A stretch of 32,933 nt of DNA from an uncultured Bacteroidaceae bacterium (GTDB lineage Bacteria > Bacteroidota > Bacteroidia > Bacteroidales > JAFGXI01). Each line of letters opens with the position of its first letter. Within the stretch, counting starts at the first letter, position 1. The DNA is taken from assembly GCA_964603745.1 (NCBI GenBank), contig CAZRWZ010000004.1, forward strand, positions 1 to 32,933, given 5' to 3'. Of the stretch, positions 1 to 8,900 are shown piece after piece. The notes below the pieces were generated by a model. It was not told the origin of the DNA, made no database searches, and worked only from the letters and a program-made list of their open reading frames with translations. The position numbers and the translations under genes were made by a program.

Positions 1-369
1 ATCTTTATTTTGTATAATAGTTAGTGCTTTCATAAATTTAGAATTACCAACTATGTAGTTATCTTTTTTATAATTTTCAACCTGAATTTGGTCAAGTATT
101 TTAATTGTCTGTTTTTCTGTGGAAGATATCTTCCAATAAGTGTTAATTGATTGTTTTTTTATATCAATTAATAATTTTTTAAATCGTTCATCTTCATCTG
201 GGTAAGTGTTTTCTAAGTATTTGTCAAAATTATAAACTAATTTTTCTAAGTATATCGCCTCTTTACTTCCAATGCTTTTTTCAAATTGTAAAATAATGTT
301 AGTTTTTTCTGTTTTATCTTTACAAGAGAATATAGCAAGTATTGTAAATATAATTATTAATAGTTTCAT
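1..369 (-). CDS. hypothetical lipoprotein (N-terminal 123 codons only; gene runs off the left edge)
   Basis: Not in the supplied track because it has no stop in the window. The reverse complement of 369..1 reads ATG AAA CTA TTA... = MKLLIIIFTILAIFSCKDKTEKTNIILQFEKSIGSKEAIYLEKLVYNFDKYLENTYPDEDERFKKLLIDIKKQSINTYWKISSTEKQTIKILDQIQVENYKKDNYIVGNSKFMKALTIIQNKD, open for all 123 codons. It has a signal peptide with a lipobox-like AIFS|C. The overlapping + ORF 272..457 is low-complexity and judged a shadow. Confidence 0.6.
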   Translation of the reverse strand, partial: MKLLIIIFTILAIFSCKDKTEKTNIILQFEKSIGSKEAIYLEKLVYNFDKYLENTYPDEDERFKKLLIDIKKQSINTYWKISSTEKQTIKILDQIQVENYKKDNYIVGNSKFMKALTIIQNKD

Positions 370-721
370 CATTTTTTATAGTTTCTTAATAAAGCCAACA
401 ACTGAAATAAACATCAGCACACTATATGTTAGTAATTTCTTTTACACAAAAAAATAGCAAAAAATCACATAAATATACAATTAATATGTGTCTTTACAAA
501 GAGATACTTAGGATCTGTCTATAAAATAAGCTAAGCTAAATGAGACGGGTAGTTTTAAAATTAGTTTTCAACAAAAAAATTAATAGAAGTTACCTAAAGA
601 ATAAATTTGCCCTACTGTTTATTATCAGATACTTGTAAAATATCAAATTAAACACTATCTTGGCTCGCTTAAACAAAAAAGGTATAACCAATACGGGTTA
701 GCCAAATTTAAAAATTTAAAT

Positions 722-2836
722 ATGTACACAGAATTTAAAAAGACTGTTGATTTAGGAGACGGAAAAATTATTGAAATTTCAACAGGAAAGTATGCAAAAC
801 AAGCCGATGGCTCTATTATGCTAAAACAAGGAGACACAACATTATTAGCTACAGTTGTATCTTCAAAAAAACAAAAAGAAGGTTTAGATTTTTTACCAAT
901 GTCGTGCGAATATCGCGAAAAATACGCGGCAGCAGGTAGATTTCCAGGAGGTTTCTTAAAAAGAGAAGCCAGACCATCAGATTATGAAATATTAATATCA
1001 AGATTAATTGATAGAGCTTTACGCCCAATGTTTCATAACGATTATCATGCAGAAACATTTGTAAATGTGTTTATGATGTCGGCTGACAAAAACATAAAAC
1101 CAGACGCATTAGCAGGTTTTGCAGCCTCTGCAGCATTAGCAGTATCCGATATCCCGTTTAACGGACCAATATCGGAAGTTAGAGTTGCTAGAATTAATGG
1201 CAATTTTGTTGTTAATCCGTATATTGACGAACTAGCAAGTGCTGATATGGATATGATAATTGCAGGTACTATAGACAATATTGTTATGGTAGAAGGCGAA
1301 TTTGATGAAGTATCGGAAGAAGATATGGCAAATGCAATCAAATTTGGACACGATGCAATTAAATTGCAATGTAAAGCTCAGTTAGAATTAGCTGAAGCCG
1401 CAGGAAAAATGGGAAAAAGAGAAATACCAGAAGCTCCTGCTGATGAAGAATTAAGAGCTAAAATAGAAAAAGAAACATATCAAAAAGTTTATGATACTGC
1501 AAAACAAGGTTTAGCTGATAAGCATAAACGTGCAGAAAATTTTGAAGCTATTAAAGAAGAATTTTGTTCTCAATTTAGCGAAGAAGAATTAGAAGAAAAA
1601 CAAGAATTTATTGATATTTATTATCACGATGTTGAGAAAAAAGCAATTAGACGAGTTGTTTTAGACGAAAGAATTAGATTAGACGGTAGAAAAACAGATG
1701 AAATTCGACCTATTTGGGGCGAAGTTGATGTTTTGCCTGCAGCACACGGTTCTGCAACATTTACTCGTGGCGAAACTCAATCTTTAACTACAGTTACATT
1801 AGGTACTAAATTAGACGAAAAACTAATTGACGAACCAATGATTAACAGAAAAGATAGATTTTTATTACACTATAATTTCTTGCCATTTTCAACAGGTGAT
1901 GCTTATCCATATCGTGGAGTAGGTCGTAGAGAAATTGGTCATGGTAACTTAGCTTTACGTGCTTTAAAAGGAATGATACCAGAGGATTCTCCTTATGTAA
2001 TAAGAATTGTTTCAGAAATTTTAGAAAGTAATGGCTCGTCGTCTATGGCAACTGTTTGTGCCGGAACAATGGCAATGATGGACGCAGGTATTGAAATTAA
2101 AAGACCAGTTTCTGGTATTGCAATGGGAATGATTTCTGATGCCGAAACAGGAAAATATGCTATTTTATCTGATATTTTAGGTGATGAAGATCATCTTGGT
2201 GATATGGATTTTAAAGTAACAGGAACAGAAAAAGGAATTACTGCTACACAAATGGATATTAAAGTAGAAGGATTACCTTATGATGTTTTAATTGAAGCTT
2301 TAATGCAAGCAAAAGAAGGTAGAGCTCATATTTTAGGTAAAATATTAGAAGTGATACCTACTGCAAACAAAGAGCTTAAGCCACATGCTCCAAAATTAAT
2401 TAGAATGGAGATTGACAAAAGTTTTATTGGTGCTGTTATTGGTCCTGGTGGAAAAATAATTCAAGAAATGCAAGCTGAGACAGAAACTACAATTACAATA
2501 GAAGAAGTTGGTAACAAAGGAATGGTAGAAATTTCGGGTGTTGACCAAGCTAAAATTGATGATGCTATTGGTAGAATTAAAGCAATTGCTTTCTCTCCTG
2601 AAGTAGGGCAAGTTTTCGACGGAAAAGTTAAAACAATTACCGATTATGGTGCATTTGTTGAAATAGCTCCACGTTTTGAAGCTTTATTACATATTTCTGA
2701 AATAGAACATCACAGATTAAAAGCTGTAAGAGATGTTCTTTCCGAAGGCGATACAGTTCAAGTAAAGGTTGTTGGTTTCGAGAAAAACGGAAAAATAAGA
2801 CTTTCACGAAAAGTTCTTTTACCAAAACCTGAATAA
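722..2836 (+). CDS. pnp: polyribonucleotide nucleotidyltransferase (PNPase)
   Basis: 704-aa ORF with two RNase PH-like halves, a KH motif ([11 protein letters not shown]) and a C-terminal S1 motif ([20 protein letters not shown]...LHISE). This is the canonical PNPase architecture and length. Confidence 0.98.
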   Translation: MYTEFKKTVDLGDGKIIEISTGKYAKQADGSIMLKQGDTTLLATVVSSKKQKEGLDFLPMSCEYREKYAAAGRFPGGFLKREARPSDYEILISRLIDRALRPMFHNDYHAETFVNVFMMSADKNIKPDALAGFAASAALAVSDIPFNGPISEVRVARINGNFVVNPYIDELASADMDMIIAGTIDNIVMVEGEFDEVSEEDMANAIKFGHDAIKLQCKAQLELAEAAGKMGKREIPEAPADEELRAKIEKETYQKVYDTAKQGLADKHKRAENFEAIKEEFCSQFSEEELEEKQEFIDIYYHDVEKKAIRRVVLDERIRLDGRKTDEIRPIWGEVDVLPAAHGSATFTRGETQSLTTVTLGTKLDEKLIDEPMINRKDRFLLHYNFLPFSTGDAYPYRGVGRREIGHGNLALRALKGMIPEDSPYVIRIVSEILESNGSSSMATVCAGTMAMMDAGIEIKRPVSGIAMGMISDAETGKYAILSDILGDEDHLGDMDFKVTGTEKGITATQMDIKVEGLPYDVLIEALMQAKEGRAHILGKILEVIPTANKELKPHAPKLIRMEIDKSFIGAVIGPGGKIIQEMQAETETTITIEEVGNKGMVEISGVDQAKIDDAIGRIKAIAFSPEVGQVFDGKVKTITDYGAFVEIAPRFEALLHISEIEHHRLKAVRDVLSEGDTVQVKVVGFEKNGKIRLSRKVLLPKPE

Positions 2837-2886
2837 GAATAAGATATTCTTTTGTGGGTATTGATATAATCCCCATTTAATATAAT

Positions 2887-2919
2887 AAAAAATGCCACTC
2901 TTATTGAGTGGCATTTTTT
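2887..2919. terminator. bidirectional intrinsic terminator between convergent pnp and the giant gene
   Basis: Perfect 14-bp inverted repeat aaaaaatgccactc (2887-2900) / gagtggcatttttt (2906-2919) with a 5-nt loop ttatt. The GC core stem is flanked by an A-run on one side and a T-run on the other, so it reads as hairpin + U-tract on both strands. Confidence 0.85.
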
Positions 2920-2938
2920 ATTATATACTATATTATGA

Positions 2939-5900
2939 TTAATGTGTTTTTATTAAACGTGTAGATGCGTCTTTTGTATTACTTTTAATCATTATTAAAT
3001 AATATCCTGTTTCGATATTTGCAAATAAATTATATAATTTATTTGCTAAAATTGTGTTGTCGGCAAAACAATTTTCTTTAAATACTATTCTGCCCATAGC
3101 ATCAGTAACTGTCAGTTGTACATTTTCATTATAATCAAATCCAATTAAATCAACAGTTAAATTATCTCTATTACTAAATGGACTTGGATAAACATTAATT
3201 TTAGCTTCTATATCTAAGTTGTCAGTATTAATATTAACAGAAACCATAGGATATATTATTTCTGATCTGTCAAAATCAACTTGTTTTAATCTGTAATACG
3301 ATATTCCTTTAATAGGATTAAAATCATAAATCAAATAATCTAAAACAACATTACTATTGCCTGCACCCATTACATTTGCTATTTCTTCAAAAACAACACC
3401 ATCTTCGCTACGTTCAACTATAAAATGGTCGTTGTTTATTTCAACACTTGTTTGCCAAGTAATTTTTACTTCGTTGTTTTGAGAAACAGCATCAAAAGAG
3501 AGTAGCTCAATAGGTAAAGAGCTAGAACCTTCAGTTCCTATAGTAAAGTATTTTTTACTAAAACTTGTTTTAACATTAGATTTTACATGACCAGAAACTG
3601 TTGTTCCTGTGGCAGAATATTTACCTTTATTACCCCAATTATCTGAAGCAATATCTGTTAAACTTGCTACACGTATTTCTGATACTGTAACAACCCCTGT
3701 TTCCGGGCCCCAATATAATACAATATTTGCTTCTGGGTGTTGATTGTTAACATCATCTAAATACCATAAGTTATTTGGGCTTACATCAGTTAATGGGCTG
3801 TCGTAATTAGAATTAGAATTTGCTCCTAAGTATTCTCCTACAAATTGAGTTCGTTTATTTGAGTTTTCTATTCCTATAGGACGATATTTGCCACTATTAC
3901 CAACAGGGAATAAAATAGCAGAACCAGCATATAAATCTTTATAAATTTCGCCATTTATATAAGCAGTGTTACTACCACCGCTAATAGTAGCTGCAGTCCC
4001 TAATTCTATCATTGCTGTTGATGAAGAGTTTATAATACCATTTGTTAATATTAATGAATTTTCAATAGCAACATCGCTACTTGTAGTAAATGTTCCAGAA
4101 GATTTATTAATCTTTAAATTTCTAAAAGCATTTACTCCAGAAGTAAAATCGCCTGAAATAGATTGATTTGCAGAACCTTTTATTTCAACAGTATTATTGT
4201 AGCTTGCAAAATCGAATACACCTCCTGTTTTTGTAATATCGCCATAAATTGCAATAATTTTATTATTTTGTTGAATAATATTTGGTCCACTAATAGTTAA
4301 ATCACCATTTAACTTAATATTATTATTAGGAAATTCTCTTTTCCCTGTTCCTGAGAAAGTTAAGTTATTAACTTCTATTATACCTGGTAAAATTGTATAA
4401 TCAGAACTTCCTCCATACTCTACTGTTCCACCTGTTGTTGCAAAAAAGTCTTCGTATATTCCGGCAGGTAACGATGCTCTTTCTGAATATAAAATACCTG
4501 TGCCACTAACTCTACCTAAACGATGTCCAAAAGTATTATTAATTTTTAATTTTCCACCTGCTCTAATTTCTGTTTTATATACCTGTTTATAGTTTGTAGT
4601 GGTGGTAATTTCGTGTTCTATGTAAACAATAGACCCATAAGGTCCTCCTGAAGGAACACCTGTTCCGGCTGGTTCAATACGCGTACCGTCTGCGTTTAAT
4701 TTATACCAATTTGTAGCAGTTTTCCAATCGCCATTTGCTGCAGATAAAAATTCTGGTACTTTTTGAGGTATAGCTCCATTACAACCACTCTTCTGCTCTA
4801 TTCCTGCTGTATATTCTCCTGATATATCATTACTTGAAACATTAGATAAACTGTATAATATTTTGTTATTAACCTCATCAACTGTATTATAATCTAATGG
4901 TTTAATCCAAGTATTATCGCCATAAGTTAATAATCTTGCGGCAATATAATTACTTTCGTCATAATAACCGCCATCATCACGAACACAAGTATTATTATGC
5001 AAGGCATCAGCATCTTTATATTGCATTGTTATATCAGCAGTAAAATGATTTACATTTGTTGCTTCAACAATATAATGATATTGTAGTACATTTTCTAAAT
5101 CATTAAACTCACAACATTCATCATTATCGTCTGTTATAGTAGATTGACGTTCGTTAGCGGCTTTAACTCTAATATTTCCATTGGCATCCATATTGGAAAT
5201 ATTCATAATTAGCGGAGTATATTTACCTTCTGAACCAATAGGAAAATTAAAAGTAGTAGCACTACTTATTGCAGGAAAATATTTTTTAACTCCTGCATCA
5301 GTAAATGATGCATTTGTTTGTATCATGTTGTTATCACCAAAAGCATTTGCTTCATTAATTAAACAATTTACTTTTAATATTAATAGGTTTTTATCTATAT
5401 TAAAAACACCGTTCATCATTTTCAACTCATTGTTAATCGTAATTTCATAAGAATTATCATTTGGAACAATAATACCTTTTGCATTATCTATTGTTAGTTT
5501 ACCAAATTCGCCTGTAGCTCGTAAAATTTGGTCGTTAACAGTGCCATTAAGTTTAATACCCTCGCTTGTACCTCCCCAAATATGTGTTCCGTTATTTGTA
5601 ATATCTCCAGATATAAAAACAGTATTGGCATTATCATCAAGAGTTCCTGTAAGTAGTTTAAATTCGTTTTCAATAGTTATATCTGCATTTAAGGTCAAGG
5701 TATTAGCGTTACTTTCTTTTGTAAGATTATAAAACACAGGACTTCCAACTATTGTTTGATTAGCTGAACCTCTAAAATATGTTGAGTTTTTATTATGCGT
5801 AAATGTTCCATTACAAGTTAAATTTCCATTTAATATTAAATCTAATCCGTTGGCATCAAATTCTGTATTAGATTGTATTTCAAGTTCGTTGTCTATTGTA

Positions 5901-8900
5901 AGAGGAATTATCCAAGTGGTAGCTGTTGGGTTGTTTGATGATGTGTTATCTATTACTAATTTAGGAATAGTAACAGTAGAATAAATTCCAAAATTTTGAT
6001 TTGTTTTTGTATTTGTATTTCCTAAATAAATAGTAGCTGCATTTGAAATATTTGAGCTTTCAGCATCTAAATATAAACTTGCTACACTTGGGTTTGTTTG
6101 TGTATTGGCTAAGTATAAAGAACCTCCTGTGAAATCAAAAGAACTCCCTGTATTTAATATTTCAAACACAGCTCTATTTCCTTCAGGATTATTGTTTTTA
6201 CCAACAATTACAGTTCCCCCTGTTTGTTTATATTTTAATATTCCTGTTTCAGAATCCATACTTCTACGTATTTGCGAGCCAACAATAAGAGAACCATCTG
6301 TTATTTCAAGTTTAGAATCTCCTGAACCGGCATATTCAATATAATTATTTCCGTTATTCGATACATCATTCATGTCTAATGTTCCGCCACTAATTTTTAA
6401 TTTACCATACAGTTTTATTCCTGTATCATCGCCTCCTACATGAGCTGTTCCTTGTTTTATTTCAAGACAAGTGGTAGTTGGGATATTAAAATTATCATCG
6501 CCAGTGTTTAAATTAATACTTATTGATGAATTATCTAAAATAAGAGTACCATTTTTCATTTCAAGTGCTTTTTTTACTCCTACACCTAATGTTGTTCCGT
6601 TTAATGTAAAATTATTATTAAAAACAAATGTATCGGCTTGCGATGTTCCTTTGTTCATTTCTATACGGTATAACTGTGCAATTGTTCCTGCTGTATTTGT
6701 GTATGAACCATTATTATCTCCTGTTAATTCTAAAATTACTCTAGGACGATTAGCTCCGTTAAATAAACTGATATTACCATCACTTACAGTAATATTTCCT
6801 TTTACAATAAATTTATGTTCTATATCATTAGTAGAATTATCAACAATAAGAGGATCTCCGACAGTAACATTACCATTTACTGTTAAAGTAACTGGACTTC
6901 CTGAATTTGGAAAATGAAATTCTCCTCTATTTTGATTTGTAATTCTTAAATTTCGTTTTACTAAAACATCATCAGCTATGGTTATATCATAATTATGATA
7001 ACCCGATACTAAATCATAATTAACAACTAAATCTGCTTGGTCTAAAGTGTATCGACCCGATTCAAAATTAATAGTTGGTGCAGGTTGTGGTATATGATCC
7101 ATTGTATAAGAAGAACCGTCACTTGTTGTAAAAAATAAATATATAGAATTTTCATTATCTGCGAAATCTCCAAAATCTCCATTAACAACAGGGTCGTATT
7201 GCATGTTAAATGAAATCATTCCCATACCTTTTACATTTCCTAAATTATAAGACCCACCAGAACCATTGTTTCTATAAAATTGGACACGAGATTTATTATC
7301 AGTTAATTTTGTTTCGGCAGGTGTTGCACTACTTGGTTGAGTGCCATCCACATCAACAATACTGTTACTTGTTATAATAACAACACTTCCATTTGTAGGA
7401 ACTACGCCTTCTTGCCAGCAATTAGTATTATTCCACTTTCTTCTTACATTCGGATGAGAATGATAAACAGTAGGGCTACCCACAAATCTACAACTTTGTC
7501 CGGCAGTATAATTTGCTTCTTCTATATCAAAACCACTTCCTGTTCCATTAAATGTTATTGTATTATTAGTTTCGTCAACTTTTGTTAAATCATTTTCGTA
7601 AGAACGTAAATAACCACCTCCATCTTTAACTTTTCCGGGATAAAAATCGGCTTCGTTTGTAGAGCCATCTAAATCATTGGTATTGTATTCATATTTGTAC
7701 TTAACCTGTACATTAGTTCCTAAATTTTCTAATCCTACTTTCCAATAATATGATAAAATATCGCCTCCACAGGTTAAATCTGTTGTTTGTAATACCTCAT
7801 CAACAGGGTTTATAGTAACATATCCAGAGTCTGATAATGTGCCTGTTATTGTCATTATTGCAGGAGTATATCTAGTATCTGAATTAGCATCTGTTCCTAG
7901 AGGAAAAACAAAATCATCATTTTCTTTAACTAATAATGATAAGCCTCCATCAGATGAATTTCCGGAAGTGTAAAACATTTTTGTTACACTTCCAAAATCA
8001 CTTTCGGCAATACTTTCGGTATATTCTTTATGTAAATAATCTAATTTTAGGTTATATGTTTTTAAATTTAAAATACCGTGAAAATATGCTATACGTTTCA
8101 TATACACATTACTCGATAGGCTAATTGTATGTCCGTTTGCACCTAATTTTATATTTCCAAATATAGCACCTTCTTCAGTATTAATAGTAAAATCAACATC
8201 TTTAAGCATAATAGTTGCTCCACGACTTGTTGTTTCTGGTATATATACTCCGCATTGGCCATGTTTTTTTACTGTAATATTATTAAATATTTTTATTGAA
8301 TGTTCTCCTTGATTTAAGATACCACTTTCAATTAAAAATACACCTTCAATTTGTAATAACCTAGTTTTATTCAAATTTGTTGTTGACAATCCTCCATGAT
8401 TTGCAGATATCCATGTTGCTGTTTTTTTCTCGTCTCCTTTTAATGTTAAAGATTTATCGGCAGGTTTATCTAATGTGAAATTATTAAGTTTTTGCACATA
8501 ACCATCGTAAACATTATGACCAATATAAAATTCTCCATCTTCAGTACCATTAAATGTAGTAGTATTTGTATTGTAATTATATATTGCACCTTCATTTATA
8601 CTAAAATTTCTACCTATTGTAACATCTTTAATTGTAGCATCATCTGGATTTGTTGTTTCTAAGGTACAATAGTTATTAATTGTTAAATCGTGAGATACAT
8701 TTAAATCTGTTAAAAGTTCTACTGTAATATTTCCAGAATTATTATGATTTTTTATTTCTAAATCCCAAAAATTAGATGTCGAATATATTTGAAAATTACT
8801 TGGATGGCTACCTCCCGCAGAGTTTTCTCTAACATCAATAGTGATTTTCCCTCCTGTAACGCTATAGTTTCCATCAACACATTCTATATTAAATTCAGGG

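Noticed and set aside
272-457. 61-aa + strand ORF at the left edge
   Set aside because: It overlaps the minus-strand lipoprotein ORF (1..369), which has a proper signal peptide and stays open to the window edge. The + ORF is I/F/N/L-rich with no features.
660-705. Possible pnp leader hairpin (ttggct 660-665 / agccaa 700-705) downstream of a TAAATTTG box at 602-609
   Set aside because: Only a 6-bp stem with a 34-nt poorly paired interior, and no -33 element at the right spacing. This is insufficient to call a regulatory structure, although PNPase autoregulation through a leader hairpin is known in E. coli.
3966-8124. Seven + strand ORFs (62-148 aa) inside the giant minus-strand gene, e.g. 6471..6917 (148 aa)
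   Set aside because: All lie antisense to a continuous 2925-codon ORF with clear domain signatures. Their translations are hydrophobic and low-complexity (L/I/F/V/S/P rich), as expected from the reverse complement of N/T/G-rich codons in AT-rich DNA. None has start or promoter context.
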